From Sunxiuqinia sp. (GTDB taxonomy: Bacteria > Bacteroidota > Bacteroidia > Bacteroidales > Prolixibacteraceae): a stretch of DNA of 64,000 bases. The notes under the pieces were generated by a model. It searched no databases. It was not told the origin of the DNA and was given only the letters and a program-made list of their open reading frames with translations. Below, piece by piece: positions 1-9,678 of this stretch; position 1 is the first letter of the stretch; the number at the start of each line of letters is the position of its first letter. The translations under genes were made by a program, and so were the position numbers. The stretch is taken from the NCBI GenBank assembly GCA_965230765.1, contig CBDDLR010000001.1, positions 2,696,515 through 2,760,514 on the forward strand, written 5' to 3'.

Positions 1-2
1 CG

Positions 3-1913
3 AATCAAACGGTTCGATAAAGACAAAAATAAATCTTCATCTTCAACGCCCATTGTAATTGCTCCCAATAAATCTTTAAAAGCTACGGTTGGCTTGCGTT
101 CCAATGGTCGGCTATCTGTTTTCTTACTTTTGGTTGCACCCACAGCATCCACAATTACAAAGTGGGTTTTACTGTTGGCGGTACGTGTAACCTGCATCAA
201 TTTATCGCCGTCGATGGTTCGTGTTCCCCGCCCCTTCATCTGCTCAAAGTAGTTGATGCTTTTTACATCGCGCATAAAAAGCAATACTTCAAGCGGTTTA
301 ACATCCGTTCCCGTTGCAATCATATCTACCGTAACCGCAATACGTGGAAAATACGAATTTCGGAATCGGTTTAGTACCGATTTTGGGTCTTCGTCAATTT
401 TGTAAGTTACCTTTTTACAAAAGTCGTTGCCCTCGTCGAATTCCTCACGAACGATTTTTATAATGTCATCGGCATGACTGTCGGTTTTGGCAAAGATGAG
501 CGTTTTAGGAACTTCGTATTCTCCGTTTTCATCAATACGATTCGGGAATATTTCAGCTTGTAATGCTCGTTTATATTCCTTTATAATATTTCGGATTTGG
601 CTTGGGTTAACAACTTTTCTATCCAAATCGTTTCTTGAATATTCGGTGTCTTCGTCTTCCTGTTGCCAACGTTTTTTACGAGTCAGTTTATCGCGGCGGT
701 CAACATACCAACCCGCTTTTATAACATCGCCCTTTTGTGATATTTCGGTTTCAATGGAATACACATCATAAGGCACGTTTACACCATCGGTAACCGATTG
801 TTCATAGGTGTACTGACTCACCACGTTTTCGTTAAAAAATCCGAAAGTTCGTTTGTCGGGTGTAGCGGTTAAGCCAATTAGGAAGGCATCGAAATAATCT
901 AACACCTGTTTCCAAAGGTTGTAAATAGAACGGTGGCATTCGTCAATGACAATAAAATCGAATTGCTCAATAGGTACTTTAGCCGAATATTCAACCGGAA
1001 TCACTTTCTTTTTTTTGGCTTGTTGTTGAAGCCAGGTATTGCTTTCGCTTGCTGTTTCCTCTGCACTATCGTCCAGTTCTTCTCCTTTTAGAATAGAATA
1101 CAAACGTTGTATCGTGGAGATACAGACCTGACTATCATTCGCTATGTAGCTTGATGAAAGTCGTTGCACATTATAAAGTTCCGTGAATTTTCGGTTATCA
1201 TCAGTTGGCTTAAAGGTCATGAATTCTTGTTCAGCCTGTTCGCCTAGGTTTTTGGTATCTACCAAAAACAAAATCCGCTTGGCGTCAGCGAATTTCAATA
1301 AACGATATATGAATGTGGCTGCCGTGAACGTTTTTCCTGCACCAGTTGCCATTTGGATCAATGCTTTCGGACGATTGTTTTTAAAGGATATCTCTAAATT
1401 TTCAATAGCAATAATCTGAGCAGGACGAAGCCCGATAGGGTCAAGTATTGGTATATTTTGAAGTCTTTCCCGTAGGCTTCTATCTTTTTTTATCCATTCT
1501 GCAATCGCGCCAGGTTTATGAAAACTAAAAACATTTCTTCCTCTTGGTTTCGGGTCTCGATAATCAGTGAATCGGGTTATAACTCCTGTGCTTTCATACA
1601 CAAAAGGGAGCGGGTCGTTATTCAGATATTTTAGTTTTGCATTCGCATATTCGGAAGATTGTTCCTCGACAACTGTTAAACGGTGTCCTTCCTCTTCGCG
1701 TTTAGCTTCAATGATTCCAACAGGTTTTCGGTCAACAAATAATACGTAATCAGCAGGACCAACATCTGTTTGATATTCTCTTACTGCAACACCATGGTTT
1801 GCCGATAAATCAACCCTGCTTTTCGATTGCACAAGCCACTGAGCATCCACCAACATTTGGTCGATTCGGTCTCTTGCAATCTGCTCAGGATTCTGGTTGA
1901 TGTTATCAGTCAT
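3..1913 (-). CDS. hsdR: Type I restriction enzyme R subunit (EcoAI/EcoEI-like HsdR), 5' part; runs off the left edge
   Basis: Not in the ORF track (no stop in window). Manual translation from ATG 1913: MTDNINQNPEQIARDRID...PADYVLFVDRKPVGIIEAK (nuclease), QMATGAGKT (Walker A), FDFIVIDECHRS (DExH). Confidence 0.85.
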   Translation of the reverse strand, partial: MTDNINQNPEQIARDRIDQMLVDAQWLVQSKSRVDLSANHGVAVREYQTDVGPADYVLFVDRKPVGIIEAKREEEGHRLTVVEEQSSEYANAKLKYLNNDPLPFVYESTGVITRFTDYRDPKPRGRNVFSFHKPGAIAEWIKKDRSLRERLQNIPILDPIGLRPAQIIAIENLEISFKNNRPKALIQMATGAGKTFTAATFIYRLLKFADAKRILFLVDTKNLGEQAEQEFMTFKPTDDNRKFTELYNVQRLSSSYIANDSQVCISTIQRLYSILKGEELDDSAEETASESNTWLQQQAKKKKVIPVEYSAKVPIEQFDFIVIDECHRSIYNLWKQVLDYFDAFLIGLTATPDKRTFGFFNENVVSQYTYEQSVTDGVNVPYDVYSIETEISQKGDVIKAGWYVDRRDKLTRKKRWQQEDEDTEYSRNDLDRKVVNPSQIRNIIKEYKRALQAEIFPNRIDENGEYEVPKTLIFAKTDSHADDIIKIVREEFDEGNDFCKKVTYKIDEDPKSVLNRFRNSYFPRIAVTVDMIATGTDVKPLEVLLFMRDVKSINYFEQMKGRGTRTIDGDKLMQVTRTANSKTHFVIVDAVGATKSKKTDSRPLERKPTVAFKDLLGAITMGVEDEDLFLSLSNRLI

Positions 1914-1985
1914 ATTTTATTATAAAATCATTTTTTAATTAAACCTCGAAAGATACTATTTTCAATCCTGTATCTCGCTGTGGGT

Positions 1986-2050
1986 TGGCAAAAATTGCAC
2001 TCTTGGGTAAATTTTGGTTTGTGCATCGGCTCGTGAAACTTGCTAGTGTA
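1986..2050. repeat. Defence-associated 9-25-9 repeat, copy a (degenerate), upstream of hsdR
   Basis: TGGCAAAAATTGCACTCTTGGGTAAATTTTGGTTTGTGCATCGGCTCGTGAAACTTGCTAGTGT aligns with copies at 36489, 41622, 61424. Confidence 0.6.
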
Positions 2051-2215
2051 TGCCTTGTACGTAAAACAATCAGTTTTTTACATAGGGGCATTCTTGTTTT
2101 AGTTTGGACAAGTTAATAAAATACCACTTAAGTGCAAAGGGGTATGTGCTAAGCGAAAAGTTTATCTATAACCCGAACCCCGCAACTAGTATCACTTCTT
2201 TTTCATCACTTTTTA

Positions 2216-2223
2216 TATCTTTG
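2216..2223 (+). promoter_or_regulatory. Bacteroidota sigma-A -7 element of recG
   Basis: TATCTTTG matches TAnnTTTG, 4 nt before the recG ATG. Confidence 0.55.
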
Positions 2224-2227
2224 TTTT

Positions 2228-4327
2228 ATGCCCGAATACCTTGATCAGGAAATAACCTATTTGGCTGGGGTTGGCCCCAAACGCGCAGAACTATTGGCAA
2301 AGGAGTTGCGCATTTTTACATTTAGGGATTTACTTTATTATTTTCCATACAAATACATCGACCGCACAAAATTTCATAAAATTTCTGAAGTGAATGCCAA
2401 TCAGGCCTATATTCAGGTAAAAGGAAAAATACGCACATTTGAAGTGCATGGTGAGCGCAACAAACAACGCTTGTCTGCCGTGTTTTATGATGAAACAGGT
2501 TCAATGGATTTGGTTTGGTTTAAGGGCGTAAAATACATTCGGGAAAGCCTTTCGCTGGAGAAAACCTTTGTTGCTTTTGGCAAGCCTTCGGTTTTTAACG
2601 GGCGGGTGAATATAATTCATCCCGAAATGGAGAACGAACACAGCGAGCAGTTTAAAACGGGTGTGTTGCAGGCTTTTTACAACACAACAGAGCTGCTGAA
2701 AAAACGGTTCCTGAATTCAAGGGCAATCAACAAGCTACAGTTTGCATTGGCCAATTCAATTCAGGGGAAAATTTATGAAACACTTCCAAAGCATGTGAGG
2801 GAGCCACTGAAACTGATGGATCTGCCCCAGGCTTTGCAACAAATCCATTTCCCTGAAAACACACGATTGCTGCAAAAGGCAAACTTCCGTCTAAAATTTG
2901 ATGAACTATTCTACATACAACTGAAAATACTTAGCTTAAAGCATAAACGATATGGTGCTTTTAAGGGATTTGTGTTTTCAGAAGTGGGCTACAACTTTAA
3001 TAAGTTTTACACGGACAACTTACCCTTTGAGCTTACCAATGCACAGAAAAAAGTGATTAGGGAAATACGAAAGGATTTAGGTTCTGCCAAACAAATGAAC
3101 CGGTTGTTGCAAGGCGATGTGGGCAGTGGCAAAACAATGGTGGCACTAATGGTTGCGCTGATTGCTTTTGACAATGGCTATCAGGTAAGCCTGATGGCAC
3201 CTACTGAGATTTTGGCCATTCAACATTTTAATACCATCCGGAAAATGGCTCAGGGGCTGGGATTAAAGATGGCCTTATTGACAGGCTCTACTAAAGCCAG
3301 TGAGCGGAAAGTTATCCACGAGCAATTGCAGAACGGCGATTTGCAGCTACTGGTGGGCACTCATGCACTAATAGAAGATACGGTTGGTTTCAAAAAGTTG
3401 GGGCTGGTGGTTATTGATGAGCAGCACCGTTTTGGGGTGGCACAGCGTGCAAAGCTTTGGAAGAAAAATGTAGGTGTACCACCGCATGTGTTGGTCATGA
3501 CGGCCACACCAATTCCCCGCACACTGGCAATGACGCTTTATGGCGACCTGGATGTTTCCGTGATTGATGAATTGCCGCCAGGAAGAAAACCCATTGAAAC
3601 GAAACACTTCTACGAGAACCGTCGCAAGCAGGTTTATGAGTTTATCCGGAAACAGGTAGATAGTGGCAGGCAGGTTTACATGGTTTATCCATTGATTAGC
3701 GAATCGGAAAAGCTTGACTTGAAAAACCTTGAGGATGGCTATGAATTGATGAAAGAAGTTTTTCCACGATATAAAATTAGCATGGTTCATGGCCGGATGA
3801 AACCTGCAGAGAAAGAAGCAGAGATGCAGCTTTTTAAGGAAGGGAAAACTCAAATTATGGTTGCCACAACTGTGATAGAGGTAGGTGTTGACGTACCCAA
3901 TGCTTCGGTGATGGTGATTGAGAGTGCCGAACGTTTTGGTTTATCGCAACTACACCAGCTTCGTGGACGGGTTGGTCGGGGGGCAGAGCAGTCCTACTGC
4001 CTGCTGATGTCTTCGTATAAAATTAGCAACGAAAGCAGAAAGCGTTTGGAGACCATGGTACGCACCAACGATGGCTTTGAAATAGCGGAAGTAGACTTGC
4101 AACTGCGTGGCCCGGGTGATATTGAAGGTACACAGCAAAGTGGCTTGGGCGTTGAACTAAAAATTGCGAACCTTGGAAAAGACGGCGAAATACTTCGAAT
4201 AGCACGTGATATTGCCAACGATATTCTCAATGATGATCCGCGACTTGAAAAAGAAGAGAATAAACTATTGATCTATCATCTTTCAAAAATGAAAAATACG
4301 GAGTTTAATTGGAGCGTAATTAGCTAA
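2228..4327 (+). CDS. recG: ATP-dependent DNA helicase RecG
   Basis: 699 aa; LLQGDVGSGKT, VVIDEQHRFG, MTATPIPRTL, QLHQLRGRVGRG. Confidence 0.97.
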   Translation: MPEYLDQEITYLAGVGPKRAELLAKELRIFTFRDLLYYFPYKYIDRTKFHKISEVNANQAYIQVKGKIRTFEVHGERNKQRLSAVFYDETGSMDLVWFKGVKYIRESLSLEKTFVAFGKPSVFNGRVNIIHPEMENEHSEQFKTGVLQAFYNTTELLKKRFLNSRAINKLQFALANSIQGKIYETLPKHVREPLKLMDLPQALQQIHFPENTRLLQKANFRLKFDELFYIQLKILSLKHKRYGAFKGFVFSEVGYNFNKFYTDNLPFELTNAQKKVIREIRKDLGSAKQMNRLLQGDVGSGKTMVALMVALIAFDNGYQVSLMAPTEILAIQHFNTIRKMAQGLGLKMALLTGSTKASERKVIHEQLQNGDLQLLVGTHALIEDTVGFKKLGLVVIDEQHRFGVAQRAKLWKKNVGVPPHVLVMTATPIPRTLAMTLYGDLDVSVIDELPPGRKPIETKHFYENRRKQVYEFIRKQVDSGRQVYMVYPLISESEKLDLKNLEDGYELMKEVFPRYKISMVHGRMKPAEKEAEMQLFKEGKTQIMVATTVIEVGVDVPNASVMVIESAERFGLSQLHQLRGRVGRGAEQSYCLLMSSYKISNESRKRLETMVRTNDGFEIAEVDLQLRGPGDIEGTQQSGLGVELKIANLGKDGEILRIARDIANDILNDDPRLEKEENKLLIYHLSKMKNTEFNWSVIS

Positions 4328-4359
4328 CTTTGTTACCAATAACCTAAAACCAACTTAAC

Positions 4360-5265
4360 ATGAAAAAGTTAACTTTTCTCTTATTATTTTCTATTGTGCT
4401 TAGCACATCTGTTTTTGCTAAGAAGTACAGACTTTTTTATTTGGGAGGTCAGTCGAATATGGACGGTTATGGCTATGTAAAAGAACTACCTGATTCGTTG
4501 AAAGCAGGATTTGAAAATGTCATGATTTTCCATGTTCAGATAACCAATGATGGAGAAGAGGTTAATGACAAAGGAATCTGGGCAAAATTAAAACCAGGTC
4601 ATGGTGTTGACTTTAAGTGTGATGGCTCGAAAAATATTTACGGTAAGCGATTTGGGCTTGAATTGAGTTTTGCAGATCGTATACAAAAGCTATTTCCCGG
4701 CGAAGCAATTGCTCTGGTAAAATATTCAAGAGGTGGTAGCTCAATTGATCTGAATGCATATAATTACGGAACATGGGATCCAGATTATTCCAAAAAGAAC
4801 GGTGTAAATCAGTATGATCATTTTCTGGCTACGATTAATGCAGCATTCAGCGTAGGGGATATTGATGGTGATGGGGAAGAAGATGAGCTAATTCCAACCG
4901 GGATATTGTGGATGCAGGGCGAGAGTGATGCAACCAAATATGAAACTTCAATGAAATACGGGTATAACCTGAAGCGATTAATGGATTTAATACGTGCCAG
5001 CCTGCGAAAAGATGATTTACCACTGGTAATCGGTCGGATTTCGGATAGCCAGAGTCACCATGCAGATAGCTTGATTTGGGAATATGGGAATGTTGTTCGT
5101 GCAGCTCAGCATAGTTTTGTTGAAAATGACCCGGCTGCTGCTATTGTTACTTCAACCGATAATTATGGCTATTCGGACAAATGGCACTACGATTCCGCAG
5201 GGTATATTGATCTGGGATTTCAGTTTGCTGAAAAAATGGCAAAGCTCGTCAATAAGAAAGAGTAA
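4360..5265 (+). CDS. Sialate O-acetylesterase (SASA / CE6-like SGNH esterase), secreted
   Basis: Signal peptide; GGQSNMDG, WMQGESDA, D-x-x-H (DKWHY). Confidence 0.8.
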   Translation: MKKLTFLLLFSIVLSTSVFAKKYRLFYLGGQSNMDGYGYVKELPDSLKAGFENVMIFHVQITNDGEEVNDKGIWAKLKPGHGVDFKCDGSKNIYGKRFGLELSFADRIQKLFPGEAIALVKYSRGGSSIDLNAYNYGTWDPDYSKKNGVNQYDHFLATINAAFSVGDIDGDGEEDELIPTGILWMQGESDATKYETSMKYGYNLKRLMDLIRASLRKDDLPLVIGRISDSQSHHADSLIWEYGNVVRAAQHSFVENDPAAAIVTSTDNYGYSDKWHYDSAGYIDLGFQFAEKMAKLVNKKE

Positions 5266-5314
5266 GAAACTGAATGTCTTACTCGGAGTGAGACCCTCAA
5301 TTTTTGCATCAATA

Positions 5315-6058
5315 TTATTCTACTTTCACCAAAAGTGTCCCACCCAGGTTTTCATTGCCGGTGTGCTCAATGATTATCCAAGCCTGCTTCTTCAATTGCC
5401 TGCGGAGCATATGGTTTAAATAGCCGTGTGCAACCAGCAAAACCTTCCCATTTTCTGAGGCTTTTTTCTCAAGGAATTGAGCTGCAGATATTGCCCGTCG
5501 ATGGGCCATGGCGCGGTTCTCTGTGGTTGATTTGGGTTTCGATCCCATCATCCAGAAAACCCGGTTTAAACCACTCCAAATTGGCTTTGGAAGATAGAGT
5601 AAGGGAATGTTTACAGTTCCTGGTTTTGTTTCATTAAAGATCGGATTTGCCTGGTAAACAAAACCGTCTCCAAGCAAGTTGCGGGCAGTTGTTTTTGCAC
5701 GATGGAGCTTACTGGTGAAAACCGTGTCAATTCCTTCTGCATTCAATACAAACTTTTGTGTAACCGGGTAAACATTGTTCGTGTCGTAATCCGATTTGTA
5801 CTTTTCAAGCTTCTTGTAGTTGTAAAAGAATTTCTTTTCAATATCAACCTTTTGGTGCCTGACCAGCATGATTTGCTTTATCTGGCCAGTGTTGCTTAAA
5901 TAAGGTGCAGAATCATTTAAAAAATGAAGTTGAAAATGATTTCCCGTTTTGATATTGCTTTCTTGCTGATAAACCTTAATCAGAAAGTCCTTCAGCTCAG
6001 CGGGTTGAGCTAAACAAATAACCGGACAAAAGAGTATGGCGATAAGCAGCTGTTTCAA
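5315..6058 (-). CDS. Secreted histidine-phosphatase superfamily protein
   Basis: Signal peptide; LVRHQ, TSKLHRAKTTA, FNE, LLVAHGYLN resemble the phosphoglycerate-mutase-like fold. Confidence 0.65.
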   Translation of the reverse strand: MKQLLIAILFCPVICLAQPAELKDFLIKVYQQESNIKTGNHFQLHFLNDSAPYLSNTGQIKQIMLVRHQKVDIEKKFFYNYKKLEKYKSDYDTNNVYPVTQKFVLNAEGIDTVFTSKLHRAKTTARNLLGDGFVYQANPIFNETKPGTVNIPLLYLPKPIWSGLNRVFWMMGSKPKSTTENRAMAHRRAISAAQFLEKKASENGKVLLVAHGYLNHMLRRQLKKQAWIIIEHTGNENLGGTLLVKVE

Positions 6059-9000
6059 AATAAGAAATTAAAATTAAGCGTGATTAAATCTTCTTCTTTT
6101 GAATGCTCATATTGCAGCGAAAGGTTCGTGAAGTAAAATGGTGCAAACCAAATACCGCCACCATAACCCTGGTGCCAGCTGTCAGAATCGTCGCCATCGA
6201 ACCAAACGCGGCCAACATCGTGAAATGCCAAAAGCCCTAAGCTACCATTGAAAATATAGGAGCGAACACTGGTTACCCGAAGCCTTAGGTCGGTATTTTG
6301 ATATACTGACGATTCTCCTGCAAACCGGGATGCCCGGTATCCGCGTAAGTTTGTTTTTTGTCCCAGTCGGGCAGCTTCAAATAATGGAAAATCACCAAAG
6401 TTTTTCTGGCCGCCAGCTTGCAATGCCAGCACCATCCTCGGATCTTTTCTGAAACTGAGGTAGGTAGCAATATGTCCTTTTATTTGAGTGAAGTCTTCAA
6501 AATCATTTACACCAAAAAAATGACCTGCTTCTGCACTTATGGTATAGCCCCGTGTTGGGTAGAGTTTATTGTCCAGTTTTTTGTAATCAAGCGATGCGTT
6601 TGCTGAAACATATTGGCGTCGGTCAAACAAGTCGCCGGGTACAGCTGGAGTAGGATTGTTTTGGATCGTCTCAAACAATTTATGATCCTTGGTTTCTTCC
6701 AGGTCTGTATGTAAAAAACGGACACCTGTTTTTAGCAATGCTTCTTTGTTGTGTATCCATGCAATGGATGGATTAATATCAAGAACCTTGTAGCGAATCC
6801 TGTAGTCTTTTTTATCCTCCAACAGGTTCTCGGTGTTGTTCCCATACCCAAAAAAGTTGTCGGTGGTAAATGGCATGCTGATATTTACATCCATGAACAG
6901 ATCAAAATTTCGCCAAAACGAAGTGGTGAACATTTTATAGTTTGCCTGGAAAGCACCAGTTAAAAACGATGTTTTTCCGGTAAACTGGTGCATGGTTGAA
7001 TCACGGAAATGATACCTGCTGTTCAAAAAACCACCACCCAGCAATACACCATCATCAACATTGTAGCCAAAAGCTACAAGAGGCATCGTGGTGTTGTATT
7101 TAAAAAGCTTGCGGTTGTATGCGTAAACATCTTTACTTTCCCTTAAACGAAGCGCAGTTTCTTTCCCCCTGGTGATTTCACTTTTTCCAAAGCGATCATA
7201 AATCAGTGTTTTCTTGCCACCGCTTTTTACGTTGGAATTATCCACATATTTATCTTTTCCTTTACCACCAACCAAGCGTAATTTGAGTCCTTTATTTGCG
7301 TTTCCTTCAAGCTTGAATTGGTCACCGTCGCCAAGGCCATAAAGCCTTATTTCACCTGTCTCGTTATTCACAAACGTTCTTCCATATAAATGATTTTTTA
7401 CCTTTTCCTTTTTTGGCGACCAGCTGAATACATCGATTCTGGTTGAGTCGTTAAATCGCTTAATTTGAAATAGGTCTTCATCTTCTGTGCCGACAATATC
7501 AACTCCATTATTCAGGAATAAGTGGTAATCATTTGCAAAATCAACCAGGTGTGCACGGCGGCTTTTCAATACATCCTTTATTCTGCCACCAGACAATTCA
7601 TTAATTTCCTTCGGAAGAGATGTGTTTACTGTATTATCAATTACATCATCCGTTAATCGTTCTTGAAGGTCTTTAGCAACCGATATCCAGTCTTCTTTAG
7701 TCAGTTCATTCAGAAATGTCCTGTCAAAATAACGGCCATTAAAATTAAAGCCTTCTATGTTTTTTGTGGCAGGTTCAAAGCCTTGAAACTTAGGCTGGAC
7801 CCAGCTCAGTTCAACAATTTTATAAATAGCACCATCCGAGTTGAAGAAAGCATTGTCACGGTCTCTCGGTATTGGCCGATAAATGGTTTTGCCGTCTTTT
7901 TTAAAGCTTGCCCATCGCCACTGGTCGTCGTGCCTGTCCCAATCGGCAATCCACATGTCAAAAAGCCTGTTCCGAAGTACAAATTTTTGATCGATCACTG
8001 CTTCATCATCCTCCACAATAGCTTCTAAAACATCGGGCGTAGAAACAACCTTTTTCGAAAAACCGAAGCTGGCTACATCGTCCCTGTTTTTTGCAGGGCG
8101 TTCTTCAAACAAAAACAGTTTGTTTTTCATTTCCTGCCTGTAAATTCCCAGCGCTGGGTCATCGGGGACGTAAAATATTTTTGGGTTGGTATGGTAAATT
8201 CTGGCAGCCTCGGCCAGTTCAGGAACAACAATTGCCCCGTAAGGGTGGGAAGCAGAAATCCCGTCCTGGATAATATCTACTGCAAACGTTCCACGCAATG
8301 CTGCAGGTAAGGCACCTTCCGCATTTTTATCAACCGAGCGAAGAACGTATTGCTTTTTGTTATCATTTTGAAGTCGGTACGATTGGGTTTGTTGCCCACC
8401 TCCGCGCTTTAAAATTTTAAGCCCACCTTTTTCTTTTTCAATATCAAAAACAGGGAAGGTACTTTCGGTTGCCCATACCTGGCGATAATTATCGCCCATG
8501 AGGAAGCGGGTAAACTTACCTTTTAGGTATTGCTCACTTATATCAGTATGAACAATGCTGTCGCTGTAATTTTCTTCGTTATCTTTTTCTGCCAGAAAGT
8601 GGGAAGGCTTCAGGTTTATTGTTTTATTGTATGCCGAACTCAAATGGTTGTTTTCAAGCGAGAAATAATCTACCTCAACAATATTGCCCTCATTTAATTT
8701 TAACCGGGTAAATCCGGGGAGAGCAACATCGACCTTGTTATTTTTAAAAGGTTTAGCAACAGCTCCAGCAATAACCTGGTTGGACATGCCCATCTGGTTT
8801 AGCTGAAAGTTTTTTTCATGCCCGGATACGTACAGTACATTTTTATATACCGAAAGCATGTTTTTTAGTCCATAAGACATCTCTTTGTACTGTGGATGGT
8901 TGATATCCTGCACGCCACCTAGCATTTTTCTTGGTGTGTAGTAAAGAAACCCGGGAAGTGGCAGGTAAAAACCAGAGTTGCCAGCTAGTGGAAAGAAATT

Positions 9001-9678
9001 ATTCTTAAAGTTAAAATTTCCTCCATGAAAACCTTCATTTACCGCGGGGTGATGCCCAAAAAGGAGTACATTTTTGTCCTGGTATTTTTTTAAAAGATCG
9101 GAGAAATAGACATATGCATTTCGTTGCAGGTCTCTTATGCTAACAGCATCATCAAAGTCGTGATTAATCCTTGTAACATCAATATTCTGTTGTAACCAAA
9201 ACTGTGTGTTAACGAAAATCAAGACGGTATTGTCATTCAACTCTTCCACGATGGGACCAGGCTGTGCATCATCGGGTATATATTTCACGTGTTTTTTAAA
9301 TCGTTTCTTGAATACCTTCTCAATCTCGTTTACCACATCCTGCCCAGTTTGCCTTCCGTTGTCCCATTCATGGTTTCCTGGCAAAAAATAGGTTTGAACT
9401 TCCTTATTTGCAATGAAATCGAGAAAAAACTCAGGGATATGGGTTTGGTAGTTTAACTCATCTGTTTCGAGATTGTAATCAATTTTACCTGAATAATTTC
9501 CAAGAAAAATCAATGAAGCATTTTCAGATTCAACCTTTTTTTGAAGTTCTTGAAAAATCTGGTCGGTAAATTGTGTTTTTTCTACGTTTCCAACCACATA
9601 AAAAACTGAACTATTTTGAGCGATAATAGAGGGGAGGTATAAAAACTGTAAAATCAGTAAAAGGTAGATTTGCTTCAT
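6055..9678 (-). CDS. Secreted metallophosphoesterase-like + kinase-like + Omp85/BamA-type barrel fusion protein
   Basis: 1207 aa; signal peptide; PGNHEW, GHHP, SGHE; central DWDRHDDQW; C-terminal RGYRASRFAGE, FHDVGRVW, GYGGGIW, terminal LNFNFLF. Confidence 0.7.
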   Translation of the reverse strand: MKQIYLLLILQFLYLPSIIAQNSSVFYVVGNVEKTQFTDQIFQELQKKVESENASLIFLGNYSGKIDYNLETDELNYQTHIPEFFLDFIANKEVQTYFLPGNHEWDNGRQTGQDVVNEIEKVFKKRFKKHVKYIPDDAQPGPIVEELNDNTVLIFVNTQFWLQQNIDVTRINHDFDDAVSIRDLQRNAYVYFSDLLKKYQDKNVLLFGHHPAVNEGFHGGNFNFKNNFFPLAGNSGFYLPLPGFLYYTPRKMLGGVQDINHPQYKEMSYGLKNMLSVYKNVLYVSGHEKNFQLNQMGMSNQVIAGAVAKPFKNNKVDVALPGFTRLKLNEGNIVEVDYFSLENNHLSSAYNKTINLKPSHFLAEKDNEENYSDSIVHTDISEQYLKGKFTRFLMGDNYRQVWATESTFPVFDIEKEKGGLKILKRGGGQQTQSYRLQNDNKKQYVLRSVDKNAEGALPAALRGTFAVDIIQDGISASHPYGAIVVPELAEAARIYHTNPKIFYVPDDPALGIYRQEMKNKLFLFEERPAKNRDDVASFGFSKKVVSTPDVLEAIVEDDEAVIDQKFVLRNRLFDMWIADWDRHDDQWRWASFKKDGKTIYRPIPRDRDNAFFNSDGAIYKIVELSWVQPKFQGFEPATKNIEGFNFNGRYFDRTFLNELTKEDWISVAKDLQERLTDDVIDNTVNTSLPKEINELSGGRIKDVLKSRRAHLVDFANDYHLFLNNGVDIVGTEDEDLFQIKRFNDSTRIDVFSWSPKKEKVKNHLYGRTFVNNETGEIRLYGLGDGDQFKLEGNANKGLKLRLVGGKGKDKYVDNSNVKSGGKKTLIYDRFGKSEITRGKETALRLRESKDVYAYNRKLFKYNTTMPLVAFGYNVDDGVLLGGGFLNSRYHFRDSTMHQFTGKTSFLTGAFQANYKMFTTSFWRNFDLFMDVNISMPFTTDNFFGYGNNTENLLEDKKDYRIRYKVLDINPSIAWIHNKEALLKTGVRFLHTDLEETKDHKLFETIQNNPTPAVPGDLFDRRQYVSANASLDYKKLDNKLYPTRGYTISAEAGHFFGVNDFEDFTQIKGHIATYLSFRKDPRMVLALQAGGQKNFGDFPLFEAARLGQKTNLRGYRASRFAGESSVYQNTDLRLRVTSVRSYIFNGSLGLLAFHDVGRVWFDGDDSDSWHQGYGGGIWFAPFYFTNLSLQYEHSKEEDLITLNFNFLF

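Noticed and set aside
162-1749. Plus-strand short ORFs over hsdR and similar antisense ORFs throughout the window
   Set aside because: Shadows of longer, motif-supported genes on the opposite strand.
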